A DNA stretch of 64,000 nucleotides, taken from Candidatus Nitrospinota bacterium M3_3B_026 (GTDB lineage: Bacteria; Nitrospinota_A; UBA7883; JBPRGF01). Below, piece after piece: positions 49,285-58,433 of the stretch. How positions within the stretch are numbered: position 1 is the first letter of the stretch; each line of letters opens with the position of its first letter. The position numbers were made by a program, and so were the translations under genes. The stretch lies in NCBI GenBank assembly GCA_051418015.1, contig JBPRGF010000017.1:256001-320000 (forward strand), read 5' to 3'. The notes under the pieces are model-generated. The model was not told where the DNA came from. It did not search any database and saw nothing but the letters and a program-made list of their open reading frames with translations.

Positions 49285-50321
49285 TGAAGGACAACCTCTA
49301 CAAAAAGCTGCTCGACCGCGCCAGCGACCTGATATGGGCGGTGGATATGGAGGGCAGGTTCATCTACATAAACGACAACATCCGCGAGTGGGGCTACGAC
49401 AAGGACGAGCTCATCGGCGAGCCTTTCCTGAGCATCCTGAACACCAAGCACATCAGCAAGCGCCAGAGCGAGCCTTCGGAACTGGGGGTGCGAAGGACCT
49501 TCGAGACGGAGATCATAGACAAGCTCGGCCGGGCCCACAACGCCGTGGTCAGCTCCATCCCGCTGTCCGACGACGACGGGAACATAACCGGCGTCATGGG
49601 GATCATCCGCGACGTGACGGAGACCCAGAGGCTCGAGGAGAAGCTCAAGAACGAAGAGCGGCTGGCATCCCTCGGCAGGCTGGCCACCGGCATAGCCCAC
49701 GAGATCAGAAACCCCCTGTCGTCGATCAAGATGAACCTGGCCATACTGCGACAGAGGCTCAACCCTCAGGGCGAGGACGTGGAGCATTTCGCCATCGCCC
49801 AGGAGGAGGTGGAGAAGCTGGAGAGGACCGTGCTGGAGCTTTTGGACTACGCCAAACCCTCGCCCCTGAAGCTGCGCAGGCAGAACCTGGACAAGGCCAT
49901 CGACGACACCATAGCGATAGCGGAAACCGCCTGCATGGAAAAAGGCGTGGTGATCGTAAGGAAATACGCCCGCAACATACCGCTGGTCCTCATCGACAAG
50001 ATGAAAATCCAGCAGGCTCTGCTCAACGTCATCCTGAACGCCGTCCAGTCCAGCGAGCGCGGCGGAGAGGTCCGCGTGGAGACGAGGCTCGTCAGGTCCC
50101 CCTCGAGGAACATCAGGATAACGGTCTCGGACGACGGGACGGGCATCACGCGGGAGGACCTGAAGTTCATATTCGACCCGTTCTTCACCACAAAGAAATC
50201 CGGCACGGGCATGGGGCTCTCCATCACCCGCAACATACTAAACAACCACGACGGGACCGTGACGGTGGAGTCGGAGTACGGCAGGGGAACGAAGGTGGCG
50301 CTGACCTTCCCGGTCAGGTAG
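49284..50321 (+). CDS. Soluble PAS-domain histidine kinase
   Basis: ATG overlaps the upstream TGA; PAS domain (D.EGRF.Y.N...GY...ELIG), ERLASLG...AHEIRNP, DDGTGI, FDPFFTTK; no TM. Confidence 0.93.
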   Translation: MKDNLYKKLLDRASDLIWAVDMEGRFIYINDNIREWGYDKDELIGEPFLSILNTKHISKRQSEPSELGVRRTFETEIIDKLGRAHNAVVSSIPLSDDDGNITGVMGIIRDVTETQRLEEKLKNEERLASLGRLATGIAHEIRNPLSSIKMNLAILRQRLNPQGEDVEHFAIAQEEVEKLERTVLELLDYAKPSPLKLRRQNLDKAIDDTIAIAETACMEKGVVIVRKYARNIPLVLIDKMKIQQALLNVILNAVQSSERGGEVRVETRLVRSPSRNIRITVSDDGTGITREDLKFIFDPFFTTKKSGTGMGLSITRNILNNHDGTVTVESEYGRGTKVALTFPVR

Positions 50322-50330
50322 GAGGACGCC

Positions 50331-50882
50331 TCAAACCTCCGTAAGCGAGATCGACTCCAGCCCGGTGAGGATTATCTCCGGGGTTATCTTGCCCATGTGG
50401 CTGTAGCGGATAATCCCCTCACGGTCTATGAAAAAGGTGGTGGGAAGACCGAAGACCTGGAACTTGTCGGAAGCCTCGCCCGATTTGTCCAGCAGGGTGA
50501 TGAAAGAGTAGCCGTTCTCCTTCATGAACTTCTCCGCCACCTCCCTGGACTCCTTCAGGTTGATCGCGACGATCTCGAGCCCCTTGCTTTTCCAGGTTTC
50601 ATAGGTCTGTTCGAACCGGGGCATCTCCTCCACGCAGGGAACGCACCAACTCGCCCAGAAATTCACGATCAGCGGCCTGCCCTCAAAGTCGGATATGGAA
50701 ACCTCCTTGCCGGAGAGGTTTTTAAGGGTCACGTCCGCCGCCGGGCGCGGGTCGGGCCTCGGCGGGGCCTCCATCTCCTTCGTCTCGCACCCGACAATGA
50801 GAAACGCCGCGAAGGCCAGAACAGCCGCGGTTTTAAACGCTCGATCAAACAATCTCACAACCTTCTGAGAAGCTTTTCCCAT
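50331..50882 (-). CDS. TlpA/ResA-type thiol-disulfide oxidoreductase lipoprotein
   Basis: NFWASWCVPC, GLPTTFFID; lipobox IVGC. Confidence 0.92.
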   Translation of the reverse strand: MGKASQKVVRLFDRAFKTAAVLAFAAFLIVGCETKEMEAPPRPDPRPAADVTLKNLSGKEVSISDFEGRPLIVNFWASWCVPCVEEMPRFEQTYETWKSKGLEIVAINLKESREVAEKFMKENGYSFITLLDKSGEASDKFQVFGLPTTFFIDREGIIRYSHMGKITPEIILTGLESISLTEV

Positions 50883-50914
50883 AAAAATATTATAATCCAC
50901 GGCGGCGGGCGCCG

Positions 50915-51790
50915 TCAGACCGCGTCCTCGCCCACCTCCGCCACGACTTCGGGCGGATATTTTATCGGCAGGTCCCACCGGTACACCCTCTTCCCGGCGC
51001 CCCCCACGCCTTTTATCACAAGCTCCATCCATTCCGTGTCCGGCCCCACGACCGGGGAGCCCGGCCTCTTCGCGAAACGGACGATGCCCTCCCAGTGATG
51101 CTTGTCCGCCGTCTGGAACCGAAGCTCCCAGGGCGGCGTGGGCTCTATCCGTCCGTTCGGCGACCTCAGGAGGCACACTTCGTCAAGGGGCGCCGGCTCT
51201 ATCTCCCCCTCGTGCACGGTGAAGCTCACGATGAAGACGTGATAGTTATCAAGATCGTACTCGCCTATGAGGTGGTCGGCCCCAATGCTTTTCAGGTACG
51301 CAGGCGTGGCGTAGATTATGTCGCCGTAAATGTCGCCATGCCCCATGTCGTTGCGCCAGACGGCGTGGTGGACGGCTTTCCTGATCTTGTAGGAGTAGCC
51401 CGTCTCCTGGTTGGGATATTTCTCTTCCAGGTACTGGATGATGACGTCCGCCTCTCTGCCGGTGATGTTCACGTTCTCCTTTACCCGCATCCGCTCCACC
51501 ACCTGGATCCACCCCGCCTCGCCCAGGACGGCGGTTATCATCGCCGCCTCCCCGTGACACTGCCTGTAGCAACTCTTCTGGTAGACGTACCTGACAAGCG
51601 AAGGAGAAAGGTCTTCGACGTAGCCCATGTTGTAAAGCGCCAGCGTGGCCTTCCTTCCGCCCTCCTCGAAATCCGCCATGAACTCCCGGCGCGAGTCATA
51701 GATCATAAAGTAAAGCCCAAGGGCGGCGAGCCCAAGGAAGACCAGCAAACCGAGCGCCCAGCCCAGCAGCTTTTTTATTATCCTCATCAT
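50915..51790 (-). CDS. Membrane-anchored protein with a cytochrome c-like domain and an atypical CX3CH motif
   Basis: N-terminal TM; CYRQCH; W..VVERM....I...EA..I..YL. Confidence 0.7.
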   Translation of the reverse strand: MMRIIKKLLGWALGLLVFLGLAALGLYFMIYDSRREFMADFEEGGRKATLALYNMGYVEDLSPSLVRYVYQKSCYRQCHGEAAMITAVLGEAGWIQVVERMRVKENVNITGREADVIIQYLEEKYPNQETGYSYKIRKAVHHAVWRNDMGHGDIYGDIIYATPAYLKSIGADHLIGEYDLDNYHVFIVSFTVHEGEIEPAPLDEVCLLRSPNGRIEPTPPWELRFQTADKHHWEGIVRFAKRPGSPVVGPDTEWMELVIKGVGGAGKRVYRWDLPIKYPPEVVAEVGEDAV

Positions 51791-52551
51791 TCAGCGTCGT
51801 AGGCGCATCTGAAGCCGTAGTCGTTGAACCGCCCCCGGCCGCTGTCTGGAAGCCGCGCCGCCGACCGGACGCTGGCGGCGGGAGAAAGCCACGACCCGCC
51901 CTTGAGGGTCCTCAGCATCTTGTCCTTGTCATGCCAGCCGTCAACCCATTCCCAGACGTTCCCGGCCATATCGAGGACGCCGAAAGGGCTCGCGCCCCCG
52001 GGACGGGACCCCGCGGGACTGGTCCCGCCGAGCAGCGATGACGCGCTTGTCTCCAGCTCGAAAGAACCGATCTTGAGTCCGGAATCCTCGCCGGAGCTGC
52101 CCATGTATACCACCTTCGACGGGTCGAACTCGTTCCCCCAGGGGTAGACCCTCCCGTCATCGCCACGGGCGGCCCGCTCCCACTCCGCCTCGGTGGGCAA
52201 CCTGCCGCCGGCGTTTTTACAATACTCGGCCGCCTCCTCCCAGGTGACGTTCACCACGGGATGATCCTCCAGGTTCCTCGGGTACTTGTGATCGGGGACG
52301 GCCTTTTCATACTCGGCGTTTGTCACCTCGGCGTCGTCGATCAGGAAAGCGCCGATCTCAACTTTTCTCCGAGGCGTTTCGTCGGCGTACCACTCGACTT
52401 TCGCCCTGTTGTCCACGATCTGCGCGGCGAGGTCCTCCGTGTCCGTGCCCATGAGGACAAACCCCTCGGGGATCAATATCTTCTCCGCGGACGCAGGGAG
52501 GGCGGCAAGCGCCGAAAGCAGGATGATGGACGCCGCGAGCGAGGCTTTCAT
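51787..52551 (-). CDS. FGE/SUMF1-domain secreted protein 3
   Basis: FLIDDAEVTN, RLPTEAEWERAARG, DMAGNVWEW, YGFRC; ATG at 52551. Confidence 0.88.
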   Translation of the reverse strand: MKASLAASIILLSALAALPASAEKILIPEGFVLMGTDTEDLAAQIVDNRAKVEWYADETPRRKVEIGAFLIDDAEVTNAEYEKAVPDHKYPRNLEDHPVVNVTWEEAAEYCKNAGGRLPTEAEWERAARGDDGRVYPWGNEFDPSKVVYMGSSGEDSGLKIGSFELETSASSLLGGTSPAGSRPGGASPFGVLDMAGNVWEWVDGWHDKDKMLRTLKGGSWLSPAASVRSAARLPDSGRGRFNDYGFRCAYDAE

Positions 52552-52994
52552 GACCTCCCGCCGGTCCTTGCGGTCTGGACCTTCTCCACCACCATCATCG
52601 CGACGGTGTAGACCAGCGCCGTCCAAACCAGGGTTATGAGCGCGAACAACACCATGTCCCTGACGGGATAGCCGCCCCGCGAAAGCTGGTACCACTTGCC
52701 CGAGAGCCTCTGCGTCGGCGTCAGCAGCGCCTCGCCGCCGTAGCGCTTGTAGAAGTAGGAGACTATGTCCTCTTTCTTCAGCCCCACCTTGAGCTTGGCG
52801 CCTATCTGGTCCTTCCATTTGAGCCCGCAGCTCATGTGGCAGTCCTCCAGCACCATGGGGCACTCGCAGGGGCAGGCCAGGTCGTGGGATATCCCCATCA
52901 CGGACTTTTCAGGGGCCTGGTTCAGGAAAATGTACTTGCCGCTCATGAACAGCAGGACGCCGACGAACGACAGAGCGAAGACGATCTTTTTCAT
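52548..52994 (-). CDS. CcmH/NrfF-like cytochrome c maturation protein
   Basis: LACPCEC...C...C, I..YF..RYG...LL.P, flanking TMs. Confidence 0.72.
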   Translation of the reverse strand: MKKIVFALSFVGVLLFMSGKYIFLNQAPEKSVMGISHDLACPCECPMVLEDCHMSCGLKWKDQIGAKLKVGLKKEDIVSYFYKRYGGEALLTPTQRLSGKWYQLSRGGYPVRDMVLFALITLVWTALVYTVAMMVVEKVQTARTGGRS

Positions 52995-53845
52995 CAGTCG
53001 CAACAGCCCCTGGACTTCGCCCACCTGCGGCGGACGACCCACACCAGCGCCAGCGCCGCCAGCCCGCCGCCGAGCAGGATCTCCCCCGTCCTCTTTTCGA
53101 ACAGGCCGGGAGTCTTCATGGCGGAGTATTTCATGTCCACCGACGGCCTGGCGTCATCCTTGTAATAGGCCACCCTGAACACCTTTTCGGCGCCAGCCCC
53201 GACGTCCTCGATCATGTAACGGTACACGGTGAAACCGTCCTTTTCATAAACATCGTCCGTAGCCGGGACGACCTTGAAGTCCTTCGACCTGAAGGGCTCC
53301 TGGATGTGCACCTCCAGGTTCTTTATGTCATACGGGGTGTCCACCTTGAATGAAAACTCCCTCGTCGATTTCTCCTTCACCGCGAACGGGGCGTACTGGT
53401 AGTCGATGAAAAAGTCCGAGTAGGGCAGCTTCACGTTCACGAACTTTTTGTCCTCGTCCTCTTGTATCTCGAATATCTGGCAGAAGTGATGCCCCCCCGG
53501 CGACAGGCTGCACACGTCCGTCAGCCTGGTGATCTGCTTGGGCAGGGTGAAGGTCACCTGCCTGGGGAAGGCGGTCTTGTCGGCGAACTTGCCCTCCTGG
53601 ATGACCAGCACCTGCGGCGAGTCGTACTCCGGCATCAGCGTCACCTTCATCCTGCCGATGGGAACGTTCTCATGATCCACGCCATCGCCGGAGACCGCCG
53701 GAACGGGGGACGGCGCGGGCGTGGCGCCGTGGTCGTGCCCCATGGCGGCGTGGCCGCCATCTGCCGCTGCGTCATGGCCCGCCAGGACAGCGGGCGCCGA
53801 CAGGGCCGATATCAGAAACACCGTCGAAAGGATGAGAACTCTCAT
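52994..53845 (-). CDS. Hypothetical periplasmic protein with His/Met-rich N-terminus and C-terminal TM
   Basis: Signal peptide, GHDAAADGGHAAMGHDHG, PEYD.P.VLVI, C...GGHHFC. Confidence 0.75.
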   Translation of the reverse strand: MRVLILSTVFLISALSAPAVLAGHDAAADGGHAAMGHDHGATPAPSPVPAVSGDGVDHENVPIGRMKVTLMPEYDSPQVLVIQEGKFADKTAFPRQVTFTLPKQITRLTDVCSLSPGGHHFCQIFEIQEDEDKKFVNVKLPYSDFFIDYQYAPFAVKEKSTREFSFKVDTPYDIKNLEVHIQEPFRSKDFKVVPATDDVYEKDGFTVYRYMIEDVGAGAEKVFRVAYYKDDARPSVDMKYSAMKTPGLFEKRTGEILLGGGLAALALVWVVRRRWAKSRGCCD

Positions 53846-53867
53846 AACCTGAAAACTCCTAGGCCTG

Positions 53868-54620
53868 CTAATGGTTATGCCCTGTGTGATCGTGCTCCAT
53901 GCCCCCCGCCGCCGTGTCCGGCACGAACCTTCCCACCAGGAATCTTTTGTATTCCGGCATGCTGTCCGAAAGCATCAGCGCCGCTCCGGCGATCAGAGCC
54001 ACGCCCAGCGCCCTGACGGCGATGGACCTCGCCGCCGGGGACGAAAGCCTGGACATGCCCCAGGCCAGCGCCATCCCGGCCCCGAAAAGGACGGTGGAAA
54101 GCCCCAGCGCGTAGAAAACCAGAAGCATCCCCCCCCTGGACGCCGTGGCCGCGGAACTTGTCATCGTGTATATCTTCGTCAGCGTCGGCGTGACGCAGGG
54201 CTTGTAGGCGAATCCCATCGCCATGCCGAAAAGAACGGCCACGCCGTAGCGCGCGGCGGTCTCGGCTTTGCCGGGCATCCGCCCGAGCGTCAGGAGACCG
54301 AGAAAATAAAAACCGATCAGGCCGACGACAATCCCGCCAAGCTGCGTCCCCAGCCCCGCGATGGAGAAGACCAGCCTGCTCAGGGCCGTGGTCGTCATCC
54401 CCATGGACGAGAAGATGACGACAAAACCGGCCAGGGCGGCAAGCGACAACGGAGCCGCTTTCCGCGCCGTCACGGCGAACCCCTCACCCGGCCGCGCCAT
54501 CGCGGCGGTCCCGGCCATGAAGGCGAGAAAAAACGGGATGATCTGCATCAGACAGAAAACCCAGACGCTAAAGAAGGCGCTCACTCCGCCCGCGTAAGAC
54601 TCAGGTAAGGACATATCCAA
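53868..54620 (-). CDS. ccdA: CcdA/DsbD-beta-like cytochrome c biogenesis protein
   Basis: Y.GG..AFFS...CL..IP, KPCVTPTL, YALGL; His-rich tail. Confidence 0.78.
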   Translation of the reverse strand: MDMSLPESYAGGVSAFFSVWVFCLMQIIPFFLAFMAGTAAMARPGEGFAVTARKAAPLSLAALAGFVVIFSSMGMTTTALSRLVFSIAGLGTQLGGIVVGLIGFYFLGLLTLGRMPGKAETAARYGVAVLFGMAMGFAYKPCVTPTLTKIYTMTSSAATASRGGMLLVFYALGLSTVLFGAGMALAWGMSRLSSPAARSIAVRALGVALIAGAALMLSDSMPEYKRFLVGRFVPDTAAGGMEHDHTGHNH

Positions 54621-54627
54621 AAAACTC

Positions 54628-55260
54628 CTAGCCGCCGGAAGCGGCCTTCGCTCCGTCGGTGGGAAGGATCGCCTCCAGCCCCTCCGTCAGTTGCTCGTAC
54701 TGCTCGATCTTGCCGACGAATATGTGGCGGATCACTCCCTCGGAGTCGGTGAATATCGTGGTCGGGGTGACCTTGACGCCTATGTTCCGCGCCATTGCCT
54801 CGCCCCCCTCGTGGCTCATGGGAAAGCCGAGACGGTATCTTTCAGCGAAGCTCTTGAGGTTCGCGGACGAGTCCTGTATCCCCACCCCCACCATGTTCAG
54901 GCCGGAGTAGCGGCTGTCTTCCCGCGATTTTTCAATCCAGTTCACTGAGTAATGGGAGCAGGGGCACCAGTCGGCGTAGAAAAAATAGGCCGTGGGCTTG
55001 CCCAGAAAATCATCCCCGGAAATCTCTTTGCCGTTCACCAGCGTCAGGCTGAAGGAGGGAAGCTTGTCACCCACTTTTAACATTTCGTTATATTGATTCC
55101 GGCTGGCGACGGAATAGTTATATATAGCGTTAAGGGCAAAAGCCAGCGCGGCGAGCAGGATCGCCGTGTTCAGCCGTCCGCTGACGGACACTCTCGGCCC
55201 GCTGTCCTCCCGCGCGTCTCCGGCCGCGTCGAAAACGGCGCTCTCTCTCATCGCGTTCAT
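54628..55260 (-). CDS. Membrane-anchored TlpA/peroxiredoxin-like thioredoxin-fold protein
   Basis: VGDKLPSFSL, FYADWCPCS, VTPTTIF. Confidence 0.85.
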   Translation of the reverse strand: MNAMRESAVFDAAGDAREDSGPRVSVSGRLNTAILLAALAFALNAIYNYSVASRNQYNEMLKVGDKLPSFSLTLVNGKEISGDDFLGKPTAYFFYADWCPCSHYSVNWIEKSREDSRYSGLNMVGVGIQDSSANLKSFAERYRLGFPMSHEGGEAMARNIGVKVTPTTIFTDSEGVIRHIFVGKIEQYEQLTEGLEAILPTDGAKAASGG

Positions 55261-55282
55261 ATCGAACGATACTCAGTCAAAG

Positions 55283-55894
55283 TCACTGTTTCGTCTCGGC
55301 GTCTTCCATGGCGCCTCCGTCATGGTCATGCCCGTCGTGGTCGTGGGAGGGCTCCTTGCCCAAGTCCTTTTGCAGGTCTTCAAGACCGGTCATATGGCCG
55401 ATCTTCAACTCGTCGCGCTTCATGAGGGCGTACTCTATCGACCTTTTCTCGACCGGCGTTTTGTAAAGTTCCTTCAGGACGTCGTAGTGGCCTATGAGCT
55501 TGAGGATATCCTGCTCCCTGAAGTCGCCCTCCCAGTTGCCCACCAGGGCGTTCCAGACCTGGGCTATCGCCGCGGCCTGGTGCTGGGTGATGTTTTGAAG
55601 TTTCAGGTTCGGCTTCGTTCTTTTATAGTTGTCTATAAAAGTCTGCATGTGCGGGACCACGGCCACGAAGGGAGGGCCGCACCTCGGGCAGTACAGCTTT
55701 ATGCGCTCCTCCGTGTGGCACTGGGTGCAAATCCGCTTGGCCAGCTTGTACGCCTCGACGGGCGTGTACTCCATGTACCCGTTGGCTTTCGCCTCTTTTA
55801 TGATGTAACCGGAAACAGGGTTGGGGATCTCGACCAGGGCGACGGCGACGCCGGCCACGGCGGCTATCCCGATCAGAAAACCAAGCTTTCTCAT
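55283..55894 (-). CDS. Monoheme cytochrome c-like protein with extra CxxC and His-rich tail
   Basis: CTQCH, YCPRC, HDHDGHDHDG; ATG at 55894. Confidence 0.75.
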   Translation of the reverse strand: MRKLGFLIGIAAVAGVAVALVEIPNPVSGYIIKEAKANGYMEYTPVEAYKLAKRICTQCHTEERIKLYCPRCGPPFVAVVPHMQTFIDNYKRTKPNLKLQNITQHQAAAIAQVWNALVGNWEGDFREQDILKLIGHYDVLKELYKTPVEKRSIEYALMKRDELKIGHMTGLEDLQKDLGKEPSHDHDGHDHDGGAMEDAETKQ

Positions 55895-56061
55895 ATCGGC
55901 GCCCTCGAAAAAAATTTCAAACCACAATCAAACTAATAGTTATATACATATATTATGCCATTTCCACCGCCCCGTATAAACCCTTCTCTGGGGAACGGCC
56001 GGGGGAAACGGCGCCTGCCATATGCATAAAACCGCCCGGGACGCTTTTCAATCAGCCGGAT

Positions 56062-56099
56062 AAAAAAAGCCGGAACGGCCGCAGGGGCCGCTCCGGCTT
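56062..56099 (-). terminator. Rho-independent terminator
   Basis: AAGCCGGAACGGCC-loop-GGCCGCTCCGGCTT next to an A-run. Confidence 0.7.
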
Positions 56100-56127
56100 G
56101 GGGGGGAGGGATAAAGCCGATAGACCT

Positions 56128-56508
56128 TTAGTTCACCGTCGCGCAGGCCACCAGCACGTGGTTCACACCGCCGCAAAGCTCGCTCTTGGTGATCATCTCG
56201 TCCCAGCCGGCGAGGGCGAGCTCATACTCGCCGAGCTTGTCTCCGGATTTCACGAATATCCCCTCGCCCAGAAGCCTCTCGTAGGACCTGAGGGCGACCT
56301 GATGTATGTCCGCGCGGGGCTCCTCTGAAAGAAGCCTGTCGAACGAGGCCACCACTGGACCAAAGTCATACTCGGGCGAGGGCTCGGTGAACTCCCGGTC
56401 AAAAGAGTTTTTCACCGTGTCGAAGTACCCGGCGTTCGCGACGCCCGCGAAGACGACAACCATCGCCGCGGCCAATATCCCGGTCAGCTTTTTTCTTAAA
56501 GTCTCCAT
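56128..56508 (-). CDS. Small secreted protein with internal repeats
   Basis: AGGAGG RBS, ATG at 56508; signal peptide ending ANA; SFDREF/SFDRLL/SYERLL/GWDEMI repeats. Confidence 0.75.
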   Translation of the reverse strand: METLRKKLTGILAAAMVVVFAGVANAGYFDTVKNSFDREFTEPSPEYDFGPVVASFDRLLSEEPRADIHQVALRSYERLLGEGIFVKSGDKLGEYELALAGWDEMITKSELCGGVNHVLVACATVN

Positions 56509-56592
56509 TTTCAGCCACCTCCTAAAATAAAAAGTGTTATTCAGGATAACCTGTTGTTTTTCCAAGTTTTTTATCCTTTCACCCAATATAGT

Positions 56593-56608
56593 TACAAGAG
56601 GCGTGCCA
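56593..56608 (-). promoter_or_regulatory. Putative sigma-54 promoter
   Basis: Minus strand TGGCACGCCTCTTGTA (perfect -24, TTGT variant at -12), downstream of a sigma-54 activator gene. Confidence 0.65.
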
Positions 56609-56941
56609 AAACAGTAACTGCTAATATATCAAATAGATACACCCAAAGACCCCTCCCCGCGATGTTCCGGCGCGGGACGCTCTGTCCTCGAAACGGACAG
56701 ACAGTCGTCCCCGAAAGGCCGATCGGCCCGTCATCGCGGGAGGCGCGGAGCGGCTCAATATGCGATGTATCAGCGCCTTGGGAAGCTTCACCGCCTGCGC
56801 CCCTCGCGGCGACAGGAAGAGACGAGGCGTTTCAGGGGGGTCATGGACTCATGAAACGCTTGGGGGAACATCATGTTTCAAACAGGAAAAGGCGCTGAAA
56901 CCGCGGCAGAGACGCGGCTTTGGGGGGGGGATGGATATAAC

Positions 56942-58360
56942 CTATTTCAAATCATACTTTTTCATTCTGCGCCACAGCGTCGTGCGGCCTATCCCCAGGG
57001 CCCTGGCAGTGGCGGTGGTGTTATAACGGTTTTCCTCCAGGGCGCGTTGGATCGTCTGTTTCTCCGCCTCTTTTTCGACCGGTTGCTCCCCCTTTTCATC
57101 CGGTGTCCTCTTTTCACCAGCGAGGACGGTGGAAAAACGGCCCGGCGGCAGGCAAGAGGCTGTCAGGAGCCTGTCCTTGCACATCACGTAGGCGCTTTCC
57201 AGCATGTTGTAAAGCTCGCGGACGTTGCCGGGCCAATCGTGGCTCATCATCTTTTTCATGAGCCCCTGTGAGACCCCCTCCACCCTGCGGCCGTATTTTA
57301 TGTTGAACTCCGAGATAAAGCGCGATATCAGCAGCGGGATGTCTTCCTTGCGCTCCCGGAGCGGCGGCATCCTCACCTCCGCCCCCGCCAGCCGGTAATA
57401 GAGGTCCTCGCGGAACCGGCCCACCCGCGTCTCGGCGAGAAGGTCCTTGTTCGTCGCCGCGACGACGCGGACGTCGACCTTTCTAGGCCTGCCCTCGCCC
57501 ACCCTTTCGATCTCCCGCTCCTGCAGGACGCGCAGTATCTTCGCCTGGAACGCCGGCGAGACCTCGCCTATCTCGTCGAGGAGGATAGTGCCCCCGGAGG
57601 CCGCCTCGAACCTGCCGATCCTGTCGGAGGTGGCGCCGGTGAAGGCGCCCCGGACGTGGCCGAAAAGCTCCGACTCTATGAGCGTCTCCGGCAGGACGGC
57701 GCAGTTGACCTTGATGAAGGGGCCTTTTTTCCGCGGGCTCAGGTGGTGTATGGCGGAGGCGACAAGCTCCTTGCCGACGCCGGTCTCACCGATGATGAGG
57801 ACGGTTATGTCCGTCTCGGCGATGTTCTTGACGATCTGGATCGTGTCGCGGATGGCGTCGCTTTTGCCCGTTATGCCGAGGAATGAGTGGGCATGGCCGA
57901 CGTGCTCTTCTATCTCGTGCATCCTGGTGACATCGGTCAGCATGACGAGATAAAGGGGCCTGCCGCCGCCTGAGCCGAGGGGGAAGGCGTTCAGCCGTAT
58001 CCATAGGGAGGCGCCGTCGCGGCGGGTCATCTGGGTCTCGTATCCCTCGCTCGCCTCCTCTTTTTCTATGGCCTTGCAGAGGCCGCAGGAGCTGTCGCAG
58101 ACGGCGGGATGAAAAAGCGAGCGGCAGTCGCGCCCGATTATCTCGTCCCTTGCGTATCCCGTTATCTGTTCCGCGGCCCTGTTGAAAGCGAGGACGGCGC
58201 GGTTTTCGTCGTGGATGAACATGCCGATGCCCACGCTCTCGAAAACCTCCCGGAAAAAACCGGGGTCGAGCCGCGGCGCGGCGGGCGCTTTGCTCTCTGT
58301 CATCGTATCAGGCGCGGACAAGGCGGGCGCGCCTTCCCCATCGGGCCGTTCTCCTGTCAT
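56942..58360 (-). CDS. PAS-domain sigma-54 enhancer-binding protein
   Basis: PAS domain with a Cys cluster; [40 protein letters not shown]. Confidence 0.93.
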   Translation of the reverse strand: MTGERPDGEGAPALSAPDTMTESKAPAAPRLDPGFFREVFESVGIGMFIHDENRAVLAFNRAAEQITGYARDEIIGRDCRSLFHPAVCDSSCGLCKAIEKEEASEGYETQMTRRDGASLWIRLNAFPLGSGGGRPLYLVMLTDVTRMHEIEEHVGHAHSFLGITGKSDAIRDTIQIVKNIAETDITVLIIGETGVGKELVASAIHHLSPRKKGPFIKVNCAVLPETLIESELFGHVRGAFTGATSDRIGRFEAASGGTILLDEIGEVSPAFQAKILRVLQEREIERVGEGRPRKVDVRVVAATNKDLLAETRVGRFREDLYYRLAGAEVRMPPLRERKEDIPLLISRFISEFNIKYGRRVEGVSQGLMKKMMSHDWPGNVRELYNMLESAYVMCKDRLLTASCLPPGRFSTVLAGEKRTPDEKGEQPVEKEAEKQTIQRALEENRYNTTATARALGIGRTTLWRRMKKYDLK

Positions 58361-58433
58361 GAGCGCTTCCCGCCTTGCGAAAAAGCGGGCGCCCGTCTCA
58401 TGCCCGGCGAACCGCCAGGGCTTTCGGCTATCC

